50,941 nucleotides of DNA from an uncultured Candidatus Saccharibacteria bacterium (GCA_964534605.1 CAZHOS010000003.1:1-50941), one strand, 5' to 3'. Shown: positions 26,624 through 35,932, counted from the first letter of the stretch. Numbers and translations: made by a program. The notes: a model not told the origin generated them from the letters alone.

Positions 26624-28021
26624 CTAAGTACACTTTATGCGGCTACAGGCGATGCGAACGGCTTCGCTCCAGGTCGGGAAGGCATGGATGGTGTCATTGA
26701 TCTGTGAAGCCTTCATGCCGTGCTGCGCTGCAAGTGTTAGCTCGTGTAGCATTTCGCCAGCTCTTGGGGCGACAATACTGCCTCCCAGGACGACTCCGGT
26801 GTGGGAGGCCAACACCTTTACAAAGCCAGTCTTTTTGTGGCTGGTGTTGCTGCGCCCGATGATGCTAATTGGCACCTGGGATACCTGGTAGTCGATACCT
26901 TTGTCTTTTAGTTCTTGCTCGCTAGGACCAACGCTGGCGGCTTCTGGGCTGATAAATATACAGCGGGGGATGGCATGGTAGTCGGCGGCGATTTTTTTGC
27001 GGTGCCATAGGTTGTGGCCAACAAGTCGACTTTGATAAGTCGCTGTATGTGTAAACATGTACGGTCCGGTTACGTCACCAGCAACATAAATATGTGGATT
27101 AGAAGTCTGCATGTACTTGTTGGCATGGATGCTGCGCGCGTCGTATTTAACGCCAGCATTCTCGAGTCCTATATCTGTCATAGCACCCTTACCAGCAGCT
27201 AAAAGGACCTCTTGGACTATCGTCTTCTTCTGCTCGCCATCTAGCGTGTAGTGGACCTCTTTTTTGCCCTTTCTGGCAACGACTTTGGTGACCTGGGTAG
27301 AAGTGTGGACCTGAATGCCCTCTGACTCGAACACCGCACGCATTGTTTGACCGACCTCGGGGTCTTCTTTGGGTGCTAGCCGAGGGGCATATTCGGCAAT
27401 CTGTACTTTTGTGCCGAATGTAGCGAAGAACTGGCTAAACTCGCAGCCAATAGCTCCACCACCAATAACGAATAAACTGGTAGGTAGTTTCTTGAGCGAT
27501 ATCGCTTCGCGGTAGGTTATATAGCCCGCGTCTGCCAAGCCCTCGATCGACCGCGGTACGACGTTGTATGTGCCGGTAGCGATAAGGAATTTGTGGGCAC
27601 TGTAGCGCTTCTTGCCAACAGATACCGTCCAAGGGCTTAGAAAGTGTGCTTTGCCCTTGATGGAGGCTATCCCGGCGTCTTTGTATAGTTTTTTGCCTGC
27701 GTGCGTGCCTGTGTTGTATACAGCTTCGTCCTTCCACTGCATAATCTTTTGGAAGTTAAAGCTTACGCCTGTTGCACGGACGCCAAAGTGGGCAGCTTCG
27801 CGCTTGGCAACACGGTAAGTTTCAGCAGCTGTTAGTAAAGCTTTGGTAGGCACGCAGCCAAAGTTAGGGCATTCGCCCCCGATTGTATCGGCCTCGATGA
27901 CAGCGACTTTCTTGCCAGCGCGTGCTGACATGTTGGCAGCAACGTTGCCAGCAGGCCCAGAACCTATAACGATAAGGTCATAGTCTAGATGGCGTGGTTT
28001 TTTTGGTTTCTGGCTATGCAT
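26624..28021 (-). CDS. class I FAD-dependent pyridine nucleotide-disulfide oxidoreductase (Lpd/GR/MerA-like)
   Basis: 465 aa. Motifs: DLIVIGSGPAG (FAD), redox-active GGECPNFGCVPTK, VIGGGAIGCEFSQFF (NAD(P)) and the C-terminal HAFPTWSE interface motif. Confidence 0.85.
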   Translation of the reverse strand: MHSQKPKKPRHLDYDLIVIGSGPAGNVAANMSARAGKKVAVIEADTIGGECPNFGCVPTKALLTAAETYRVAKREAAHFGVRATGVSFNFQKIMQWKDEAVYNTGTHAGKKLYKDAGIASIKGKAHFLSPWTVSVGKKRYSAHKFLIATGTYNVVPRSIEGLADAGYITYREAISLKKLPTSLFVIGGGAIGCEFSQFFATFGTKVQIAEYAPRLAPKEDPEVGQTMRAVFESEGIQVHTSTQVTKVVARKGKKEVHYTLDGEQKKTIVQEVLLAAGKGAMTDIGLENAGVKYDARSIHANKYMQTSNPHIYVAGDVTGPYMFTHTATYQSRLVGHNLWHRKKIAADYHAIPRCIFISPEAASVGPSEQELKDKGIDYQVSQVPISIIGRSNTSHKKTGFVKVLASHTGVVLGGSIVAPRAGEMLHELTLAAQHGMKASQINDTIHAFPTWSEAVRIACSRIKCT

Positions 28022-28032
28022 GTTTGTTTCTC

Positions 28033-28302
28033 CTAATGTAATACTCGGTGGTGCAGGTACATGTACGCGGCATCCAAACTATAAGACTTTAGAGACTTAG
28101 TGGCTTGGGCGCGTATGTCGTTACTGGTGACCTCTTGTTTATCCTTGATCCAGGAGTTGACGTCAGCAGTGACCTCTTTGGCGACAATCTCGGCTGTACC
28201 AACAGGCACCATGACACTAAGGCAGATAGAGTAAATACTGGCGTATAGTTTACGCTCGTCATATGTTTCGGCATGTCCAGCCCGTTTTACGATATGCTTC
28301 AC
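28033..28302 (-). CDS. stand-alone ATP-cone domain protein
   Basis: 89 aa. MKHIVKRAGHAETYDERKLYASIY... matches the (V/I)KRdG..E.fd..Ki ATP-cone start. GTG start with GGGAG upstream. Confidence 0.7.
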   Translation of the reverse strand: MKHIVKRAGHAETYDERKLYASIYSICLSVMVPVGTAEIVAKEVTADVNSWIKDKQEVTSNDIRAQATKSLKSYSLDAAYMYLHHRVLH

Positions 28303-28326
28303 GCGGAATCTCCCATCAAAATACTC

Positions 28327-29031
28327 CTACCCAAAGTTTATTGTGCCGTTGGCAATTAGTATTAATATCCAACCCAGAGAAACCATCAGCAGCCCCATAA
28401 ACAGCCTCATGACACCCTTGCTTTCTTCTTTCCACTTGGCCACAGAGCTGATCTTTGTGCCACCAGCAACCATAAACAAGATCGCTACTAGCGGGGCAAC
28501 AAAGACAATGTTATATATAACCATCATACCAAGTGCCCAGGCGTTAAAGTTAACGCTTAAGATGTTAATAATGGCTAGGTAGGGTGCACCGGTACACGGT
28601 AGTTCGACTGCAGCTACGAATGCGCCCAGCATCATGACACCAAAAATAGACGTCTTGCTGGTGGACCAGTCGTGTATTTTGGCGGCGTATTTCTTGGGTA
28701 TTTGCAAGCTCATACCCTTGCCGTACCAGAAGTAATCCTTGATCTCTAAAACACCGGCCAGTATAACTAGCGAGCCAACAAATAGACTTAGATACTCTGC
28801 AAAAACAATCGGGATTTCTGACAGGAAGTAAACGAGACCTAGACCAGCCAGTAGGTAGGTAGCAAAGATAGCAAAGATGTATGCGCCGCCAACTGCAAGC
28901 AGACGCTTTGGGGATTGTCCGTTGCCCAGTACGACAGAAACCATGAGTATCAGAACACCGATGGCGCAGGGATTGATAGAGTCGATAGCGGCCGAGCCAA
29001 CAACGAGCGTGAGTGTCGGTAAATCTAACAT
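28327..29031 (-). CDS. CcdA/DsbD-type transmembrane thiol-disulfide electron transporter
   Basis: 234 aa with about 6 TM segments. Carries the two hallmark intramembrane Pro-Cys motifs (DSINPCAIGV and VELPCTGAPY). Confidence 0.8.
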   Translation of the reverse strand: MLDLPTLTLVVGSAAIDSINPCAIGVLILMVSVVLGNGQSPKRLLAVGGAYIFAIFATYLLAGLGLVYFLSEIPIVFAEYLSLFVGSLVILAGVLEIKDYFWYGKGMSLQIPKKYAAKIHDWSTSKTSIFGVMMLGAFVAAVELPCTGAPYLAIINILSVNFNAWALGMMVIYNIVFVAPLVAILFMVAGGTKISSVAKWKEESKGVMRLFMGLLMVSLGWILILIANGTINFG

Positions 29032-29035
29032 TGCC

Positions 29036-30247
29036 CTATGCCTCCTCGCCTAGCTTGATTGCTTCGCAGTCGAGGTCTTCGCCCAGAGCTACATTATGCT
29101 CGCAGCGTAGAACCTCTTGGTAGGTGTTGCAGTCTTCTGCAGGTACAACCAGGCCACCATCGTCCTTGAAGGTTGCGATCTCGACACCCGTTGGGTTGCC
29201 TTCGCTGTCGTAATATGCCGAGCAGTAGCTAGCCTGAGATTCGTAAGTGTTGCTATTAGTCGTTAGGGCAGTGCTGCTGGTGTAGTCGGTAACGTCTGTG
29301 ATGTCACACTGCTGGGCGTTAAATTCTGACAATCCAAACTCTGTACAGCGCACAGAATCCTTTAGACCGTATTGGTTGCAGAGTCGGTTGGTGAATTCTC
29401 TGGGCGTATCGAACTCAAAGATCACGCAGTCCCCAGGAGGTACATTAGGGTTATCGCTATATATGTAGTCGGCAGCTGAGGCCAGAGTAGTCGGGTTGTA
29501 GTCACCCGCCACATCTTGTTGCGGCAGGGTTACACCGGGCTCTAGTTTGTACTGCTGGTAAGTATCATCGTCTTCGTTAAACTGGTAGACAAACACCTGT
29601 AGTTCCGCAGGTTGCGTGCCACACAGTTGCCCGTTTTGCAGGTCTAATATTCGGCTACCGTCTTCGGCTGCTCCGACGTAGTCGTTAAGCTGGCTTAGGT
29701 TGGATGCGTCTACTTCGTCGCCATCAACATCGTCTTCTTCTATGCGCTCGTCATGGATTGGGATAACAATCCTGTTTTGTTCTAGGCTGCCGCCAATCGT
29801 GCTCATAAAGTTACCAATAGTTGCGTCTTCATCGAGGTCCACCACAACACCCTCCAGATGGATGCGCTTATCATCGTGCTCGTGCAGCACTGGACTGCCG
29901 ATCTTGTTGCTCAGGAATTGGAACGGATCGCGGAGCTCCACTTCGCTGCCGCAAGCCCAATACTCTATATCGGCGTGCCAGTGAACCGGCCCCCCAGAGT
30001 CAGAGACGACATTTAGATATACGGTAGAGCCTATGAGGAATATGGTCGAGCCAACTACGGTCGTAGCCATAGCTATAAAAAGAGGTAGCTTGGTGATAGG
30101 AAATCTGTCTTTTGTCTGCGATGCAATAATGATCAGTACGATCAGCACAATCGCCGACACGCCAACAGTCCGCAGTCCCCAGCTCGTAATCTGGCCTTCA
30201 AGGTTAGAGCTTGCAAATGTGAATATATCCACCTTGTCCCATTCCAC
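29036..30247 (-). CDS. membrane-anchored extracytoplasmic Cys-rich protein with HWH...HEHDD motif
   Basis: 403 aa with a GTG start and two N-terminal TM segments. VHWHADIEYWACG...SPVLHEHDDKRIHLEG resembles metal-binding modules often seen next to Dsb genes. About 10 Cys lie in the ectodomain, and there are acidic stretches. Confidence 0.65.
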   Translation of the reverse strand: MEWDKVDIFTFASSNLEGQITSWGLRTVGVSAIVLIVLIIIASQTKDRFPITKLPLFIAMATTVVGSTIFLIGSTVYLNVVSDSGGPVHWHADIEYWACGSEVELRDPFQFLSNKIGSPVLHEHDDKRIHLEGVVVDLDEDATIGNFMSTIGGSLEQNRIVIPIHDERIEEDDVDGDEVDASNLSQLNDYVGAAEDGSRILDLQNGQLCGTQPAELQVFVYQFNEDDDTYQQYKLEPGVTLPQQDVAGDYNPTTLASAADYIYSDNPNVPPGDCVIFEFDTPREFTNRLCNQYGLKDSVRCTEFGLSEFNAQQCDITDVTDYTSSTALTTNSNTYESQASYCSAYYDSEGNPTGVEIATFKDDGGLVVPAEDCNTYQEVLRCEHNVALGEDLDCEAIKLGEEA

Positions 30248-30362
30248 AGGATGCCTGCCAGCCCCTGTCTTTATGTTTTGCTTATGCAGTAATCCTACTA
30301 TACCATTAGCATTATAAAAAAGTATATTTTCGTTGATGCAAAAAGGGTGAGGAAATCAAGCG

Positions 30363-33263
30363 ATGAGCAGCAAAAAAACAAGGCAGGCCTACAGGTCTAC
30401 ATTCAAGGCAGTTATAGCTAGCCTGCAGACGGATGCTGACTCTGGCTTATCCTCAGCAGAGGCTGCTGCCCGGCTGGAGCAATACGGTCCAAATACACTC
30501 AAAGCCTCTAAAAGAATTCACCCCCTCAGGCTGTTTCTTAATCAATTTAAAGACGTGCTAGTTATTATTCTGCTGGTCGCAGCATTGGTGTCGTGGGGTG
30601 TCAGCCTTATACATACCGACTCGTCGCAATCTGCCAGTCATGACCAACAGATATTGGCTGCCTTAGCCTGCGATAGACTGACGGCAGACTTTAGAGACAC
30701 AGATCGGTTCTGTGGCCAACCATCAACGATCTGTGGCACGGAATATGACGGTCCGGTTAGCGAGTACTGCGAGGGAGCCGAAGAATCCGAAGGTGCCCAG
30801 GAGGCATTATTGATATTCGCCATCGTTATCGCCATCGCCGTTATCGGTTTCTTTAACGAGTACAGGGCCGAGAAAACAGTCGAAGCTCTTAAGAAGCTTG
30901 TCGGTCAAAAAGCAACAATTAAACGAGCCGGCAAGGTGGTCGAGGTCGACGCCTCCGATATCGTCCCCGGCGACATCATAATTCTAGAAGAAGGCATGAA
31001 GGTCCCGGCTGATATTCGACTAGGTAAGGTTAGTAGCCTCTATATTAACGAAGCCAGCTTGACTGGCGAGAGTCTGCCTGTCGGCAAGAACACCCTAACT
31101 CTTAAGCAGACTAAACCGCTTGGGGACCAGAAGTCTATGGCTTTCGCCGGAACCCATGTTACGCAGGGCACGGCCGAAGGTGTCGTCGTAGCCACGGCGC
31201 AAGAGACGGAGCTAGGCAAGATTGCCAGCCTCGTTAACGAGGTCGAGGAGGCCCAAACACCTATGCAGCGTAAGCTTGATGAGCTCGGGCGCAAGCTTGG
31301 CTTCTTTGTGCTGCTTACATGTGTCGTAGTCTTTATTATAGTTCTATTGTTTGTTGACGAGGCTCAGGACGGGTCTTTCTTAGTCCGGGCGATCTTTGCC
31401 TTTACGGCTGCAGTCGCACTGGCTGTGGCTGCAATCCCCGAAGGCCTAGCTTTTGTTGTGCGTATTAGTTTGGCGTTGGGCGCGCGCCGTATGGCGCTTA
31501 AGAACGCCCTTGTGCGCAAGCTAAGTGCTGTCGAAGCTCTTGGCTCAACCGACGTTATATGCTCTGACAAAACAGGTACGCTAACTAGAGGAGAGATGAC
31601 CGTCCGCTCTGTTTATGCTGCCGATCAAGTCTATAGCGTGAGTGGCACTGGCTATAGCCTGGCTGGCAATGTGATGCAGGGCGCCAAAAAGCTGTTGACC
31701 AAGAGGCTCCCCAAAGCAGTTGAGCTCACCCTGCGCACTGGTACACTTTGCAACAACGCACATATAAAGAACGATGGCATTATTGGCGATCCAACCGAAG
31801 GAGCACTGCTCGTAGCAGCTGCCAAAGCGGGCTTAGATCACGATCAACTCAATAGTAGCTTCGACCGTGTCCACGAGGTACCCTTCACCTCAGAACGCAA
31901 GCGCATGTCTGTTGCCTGCCGTGGCAAAGACGGTTTTTCTGCTTACAGCAAAGGCGCAACAGAAAGTGTCCTAGAGCTCTGCACGCACATCCAGACAAGG
32001 AATGGCCGCAAAAAAATAACCGACAAAGACAAGCAAGCCATAATGGACATGAATAGCAAGCTAGCCTCAAAAGCGCTACGCGTATTGGCTTTTGCTCAAA
32101 AAGATATGGCTGCTCGACCAAAAACCAATAGCGAAATCGAGCGTGGCTTGACGTTTGTTGGCCTGCAAGCAATGATGGACCCTCCTAGGACCGAGGTTAA
32201 AGAGGTTGTCCACCGCGTCCAGGCCGAGAGCGGCATTAGAGTGGTCATGATAACCGGCGACTATATCGAGACAGCCAAGGCAGTTGCGGCCGAGATCGGG
32301 CTGGAAGGCGAGGCGCTCTCGGGCGTAGACATAGATGCTATGAGCCACGAAGAGTTCGAAGATAGAGTAGAGCATACCAGTGTTTATGCCCGTGTTAACC
32401 CCGAGCATAAAATCCGTATCGTCAAGGCCCTTAAGGCCCACGGACATCAAGTAGCTATGACCGGCGACGGCGTTAACGATGCTCCAGCCATAAAAGCCGC
32501 CGATATCGGTATCGCTATGGGTATAACAGGCACAGACGCCAGTAAGGAAGCGGCTGATCTTATACTGCTGGACGATCAATTCCTGACTATAATTGGGGCG
32601 ATCGAAGAGGGGCGAGGGATATTCGATAACGTACGCAAGTTTGTGAACTTCCTTATATCCTGCAACATAGCCGAGGTCCTGGCGGTGCTAGTTGGTATAC
32701 TGGTTTTTAACGACCTGATACTAACTGCAGCCCAGCTGTTATTTATTAACATTGTCACAGATGGATTGCCGGCAGTTGCACTTGGCTCTGACCCTGCCCA
32801 GAGCGACTCCTTGCAGCAGAAGCCTCAACACTACCAAGAATCCATACTCAATAAGCGTACCTGGGTGGAGATAACAACTTTTGGCGTGCTGATGACAATT
32901 GCCGTTATTGGGCATTATTGGTACAACATCAATAACTACTCAGCCGCTGCAGCAGCATCAGGTGCTTTCACAGCTTTAGTTGTTTACCAGCTTGTTAGAT
33001 TAGTAGATATCCGCACAGACTACGCCATAAGATGGTTTAGCAATCCTTGGCTAAGCGTTGCAATGCTTAGCAGTATCGCTCTGCAGTTTGTGGTCCTATA
33101 CTTTAGCCCTGTTGCCGAGTACTTCGGAGTAGTGCCTCTGCGCTTGCACGATTGGGTGATTATCGCCGTTGGCAGCGCAGTTCTATTTGTAGCCATGAAG
33201 GCTCTCAACCCCCTATTTGACTATCTGGGTCCCGAAGCCAAAGTTGCTCGGCAAGCAAAATAA
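30363..33263 (+). CDS. P-type (P2/Ca2+- or Mg2+-type) cation-transporting ATPase
   Basis: 966 aa. Motifs: TGES, the phosphorylation motif ICSDKTGTLT, MITGD, and TGDGVNDAPAIKAADIGIAMG. N-terminal Cation_ATPase_N-like GLSSAEAAARLEQYGPN. Confidence 0.9.
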   Translation: MSSKKTRQAYRSTFKAVIASLQTDADSGLSSAEAAARLEQYGPNTLKASKRIHPLRLFLNQFKDVLVIILLVAALVSWGVSLIHTDSSQSASHDQQILAALACDRLTADFRDTDRFCGQPSTICGTEYDGPVSEYCEGAEESEGAQEALLIFAIVIAIAVIGFFNEYRAEKTVEALKKLVGQKATIKRAGKVVEVDASDIVPGDIIILEEGMKVPADIRLGKVSSLYINEASLTGESLPVGKNTLTLKQTKPLGDQKSMAFAGTHVTQGTAEGVVVATAQETELGKIASLVNEVEEAQTPMQRKLDELGRKLGFFVLLTCVVVFIIVLLFVDEAQDGSFLVRAIFAFTAAVALAVAAIPEGLAFVVRISLALGARRMALKNALVRKLSAVEALGSTDVICSDKTGTLTRGEMTVRSVYAADQVYSVSGTGYSLAGNVMQGAKKLLTKRLPKAVELTLRTGTLCNNAHIKNDGIIGDPTEGALLVAAAKAGLDHDQLNSSFDRVHEVPFTSERKRMSVACRGKDGFSAYSKGATESVLELCTHIQTRNGRKKITDKDKQAIMDMNSKLASKALRVLAFAQKDMAARPKTNSEIERGLTFVGLQAMMDPPRTEVKEVVHRVQAESGIRVVMITGDYIETAKAVAAEIGLEGEALSGVDIDAMSHEEFEDRVEHTSVYARVNPEHKIRIVKALKAHGHQVAMTGDGVNDAPAIKAADIGIAMGITGTDASKEAADLILLDDQFLTIIGAIEEGRGIFDNVRKFVNFLISCNIAEVLAVLVGILVFNDLILTAAQLLFINIVTDGLPAVALGSDPAQSDSLQQKPQHYQESILNKRTWVEITTFGVLMTIAVIGHYWYNINNYSAAAAASGAFTALVVYQLVRLVDIRTDYAIRWFSNPWLSVAMLSSIALQFVVLYFSPVAEYFGVVPLRLHDWVIIAVGSAVLFVAMKALNPLFDYLGPEAKVARQAK

Positions 33264-33288
33264 GGCCTAATATCAAAACATAAGCTTA

Positions 33289-33316
33289 TTGACATTTTAG
33301 CAATTATGTGTATAAT
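33289..33316 (+). promoter_or_regulatory. near-consensus sigma70-type promoter
   Basis: TTGACA (33289-33294), a 16-nt spacer, then TATAAT (33311-33316). Confidence 0.6.
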
Positions 33317-33384
33317 AGTGCATGTTAGTGATCACAAACAAACATTACAAAAATAAAATAAATAGAACTTTAGGAGTCATAAGA

Positions 33385-33558
33385 ATGGCACTACTAAAAA
33401 AGCGAAAGTCAGAACCTAAGCAATCTAAAGATAATAAGTCGACACAGCAGTCGGCAAGAAGCGATGACAGCACAGGTAAGTCCCAGCAGGACGAAGCCAA
33501 AGCACTTCTAGAGGCAGCTCAGCTTAAAGAAGATGCCGGTCAATGTGCATTCTGCTAA
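33385..33558 (+). CDS. small Lys/Gln-rich hypothetical protein ending CAFC
   Basis: TAGGAG lies 8 nt before ATG 33385 (the ORF opens at 33322). 57 aa, low complexity, C-terminus GQCAFC. Confidence 0.5.
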   Translation: MALLKKRKSEPKQSKDNKSTQQSARSDDSTGKSQQDEAKALLEAAQLKEDAGQCAFC

Positions 33559-33681
33559 ATCTTAGTTCGTACAGATAACTGCTAAGTTTTAGGGAAGGAA
33601 TAGATGTCACAGTTTGAAGTCTCAAAGACTAATAATATTGTCATAAGATTTATCGATACAGTATTCGGTTAAACAATAACT

Positions 33682-33812
33682 AGAGCCTGGCAAAACTCAG
33701 CGGATGAAAAGCGAAAAAGGCCCAGCACGTATGTTTTTCGCTCATCGGATGAGTCTTGTCAGGCTCTTATGGTCAGTCGGTGCACCCCATGTATGGGGTG
33801 TTACCTTTTTTG
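33682..33812 (+). ncRNA. candidate small RNA: 86-nt extended hairpin plus terminator
   Basis: - Outer arms AGAGCCTGGCAAAACTCA / TGAGTCTTGTCAGGCTCT pair at 16 of 18 positions.
- Inner stem is GCGAAAAA / TTTTTCGC.
- Next comes CACCCCA-TGTA-TGGGGTG followed by a T-tract (33783-33812). Confidence 0.35.
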
Positions 33813-33877
33813 GTGTCCGGAGTATTCGAAAAAATCACATCGTGTTAAAATAAGCATAAATAATATAACCAAAAAAA

Positions 33878-35902
33878 GTGGGCATGGAAGAGAACTCGAG
33901 CAATACACCGGACGTTTCAAGCAAAAAGGTGATACAGCCTTTGGCTAGTTCGGCCGATAGTGCCCCTAAGGCGACAAGCCCTCCGCCTGTCGATCCAAAA
34001 AAGGTAGATGTCTCTAATTTGGACCCAGACCTACAACAGATGATAAAAGAAGCCGAAAAGGGGCGCCCTAGCCGACCTAGACTGCAGCAAAAACACGCCT
34101 TTCCAACTGACAAGCCCCAAGACTCCGGCGCCAAGATAATCGACGCCAATAAAAAAGCTAAGTCTAAGGGCGGTGTTGCTAGTATCTTTACAACACAGCT
34201 CAAATCGATTCTCCACGAGAAGCACGTTACAACGGACATGACCCTGGAGCAGATAGAGAGCAAGGTTGGCAGAGAAAATATGCAGGCCTCTAGCGAGGCG
34301 GACCCAGCTCCTCAGCCAAAATCAGAGCCAGAGCAAAAACCAAAAACAGAGCCAGTGGCCAAACCTGCCGAAGTAGTTGGCGACACCCCCTTGCAGCCGG
34401 CGCCAGCGCCTGCGCCCGCTCTTACGTCAGAAATTGACTCATCTGGGGACCACCACGACGGAGAAGCCGACGAGAAGCAAGCAGCTACAGCCGTTAAAAA
34501 GACCAAGAAAAAGAAGAAGATAAAACCCGGGCGTAAATTCTTCCTAGCTTGCATCGGCATCTTGGCTCTCGCCTTGATAGCTGTAGGTGTGTGGGCTTTT
34601 CTTTTTAGATCAACTGAAGAGCCAGTCGATCAAACGACGCAGCAGCAAGAGGAAATCGTTGCAACCGTGCAGTCTATCGAGGCGGCTAGGCCCATCGAAA
34701 ACTTACAGTACACAAGTGACGAAGGTCAGTCTTGGCGGGATCTGGACGAACTAATAACCATCGAAGAAGGCTACTGGATTAGGACTGGCGAGAGGCAAGA
34801 GGAAGAGTCTTTTAGCACAATACTGCTTGGCGATGGCAGTCAGGTGCGCTTTGACAGCGAAACGACGGTAGAGTTTAATGCTGCTTCGTCTGAGGGGGTT
34901 TCGCTCGCTCTGCAGTCGGGCCGAGTATATGTTCGTGTAGCCAGTGCGCAGGACCGCAGCTTTATGGTCAACACACGCTCGATGATCTTGGACGCGACTG
35001 GCACCGCCTTTATTGCCTCTAGCTCTATAGCCGAGGATAGGTTGGAGGTTTACGAAGGTGCCGTCATTGAGGGCAACCAGAATCTTAGCTTTACACAGGG
35101 CCAAGGCCTAACTATCGAAAATGCCGAGAACCTCGTAGAGGTAATAGATCTTGATGTAGCGGAGTACGGACAAGACGAGTTCGTACTCTGGAACAGAGAA
35201 CAAGATATAGCTTCTAGCTTGTTCGCGGACTCGCTTGGTATTTTGGATGACATAGAACCTCCCGAGCTAACAATCAGCTCCCCAGCAAATGATGCTGTTA
35301 TTGTGACTGACCCGGCTGTAGCTACAACAACAATTGAGTTTACGGGCACATCCGAGGCCGGTGCTCAGATAACTGTTAGTGAGGGTGATGTTACCGAAAC
35401 AGTCAATGCAGACGCTCAGGGCGAGTTCACAGTCATCCTTGGAACAGAGGCTCAGCCTGGTCCGGGGCAGCCAATCGAGTTAACTTACCAGGTGGTTGCC
35501 AGTGATAGCCGCGGCAATGAGACGTCTCAGCAAGTAGGGGTGATTCTGGAGTCTCCAGAAGTCGAAGAGTCGATTACACTTGCTGCTGTAGCTACTCCCG
35601 GTGTCGGAGTAATCCTTAACTGGACACTTAGCGAGAACTTTACTCCTGCCCAAGGCCTGCAAATCGTATGGGACACATCTAGTGGACCGACCTATCCCAT
35701 CCAAAGTTCTGGAGGTGTTGGGAATTGCAATATGGATAGTGGCAGCGTCATACCTGCTGGCAATACATCTGCCCAGATTTGTCTACAAGACGGGCGGACG
35801 TACTTTATCCGCGCTTGCCGGTTTATAGCCCAGTCAAACAGTTGCGACCTATACAGTAACGAGATCGAGATCCAGGCCCCAACCGGTGGCACAGACTCCT
35901 AG
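33878..35902 (+). CDS. membrane-anchored protein with FecR-like and Ig-like domains
   Basis: 674 aa. Lys/Pro-rich cytoplasmic N-terminus and one TM segment (FFLACIGILALALIAVGVWAFLF). FecR-like segment IRTGE...LLGDGSQVRFDSETTVEF...SGRVYVRV, then a bacterial Ig-like stretch. Confidence 0.7.
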   Translation: MGMEENSSNTPDVSSKKVIQPLASSADSAPKATSPPPVDPKKVDVSNLDPDLQQMIKEAEKGRPSRPRLQQKHAFPTDKPQDSGAKIIDANKKAKSKGGVASIFTTQLKSILHEKHVTTDMTLEQIESKVGRENMQASSEADPAPQPKSEPEQKPKTEPVAKPAEVVGDTPLQPAPAPAPALTSEIDSSGDHHDGEADEKQAATAVKKTKKKKKIKPGRKFFLACIGILALALIAVGVWAFLFRSTEEPVDQTTQQQEEIVATVQSIEAARPIENLQYTSDEGQSWRDLDELITIEEGYWIRTGERQEEESFSTILLGDGSQVRFDSETTVEFNAASSEGVSLALQSGRVYVRVASAQDRSFMVNTRSMILDATGTAFIASSSIAEDRLEVYEGAVIEGNQNLSFTQGQGLTIENAENLVEVIDLDVAEYGQDEFVLWNREQDIASSLFADSLGILDDIEPPELTISSPANDAVIVTDPAVATTTIEFTGTSEAGAQITVSEGDVTETVNADAQGEFTVILGTEAQPGPGQPIELTYQVVASDSRGNETSQQVGVILESPEVEESITLAAVATPGVGVILNWTLSENFTPAQGLQIVWDTSSGPTYPIQSSGGVGNCNMDSGSVIPAGNTSAQICLQDGRTYFIRACRFIAQSNSCDLYSNEIEIQAPTGGTDS

Positions 35903-35932
35903 TTGGCAGGGTTTTAATCTTTAATATTTTTC

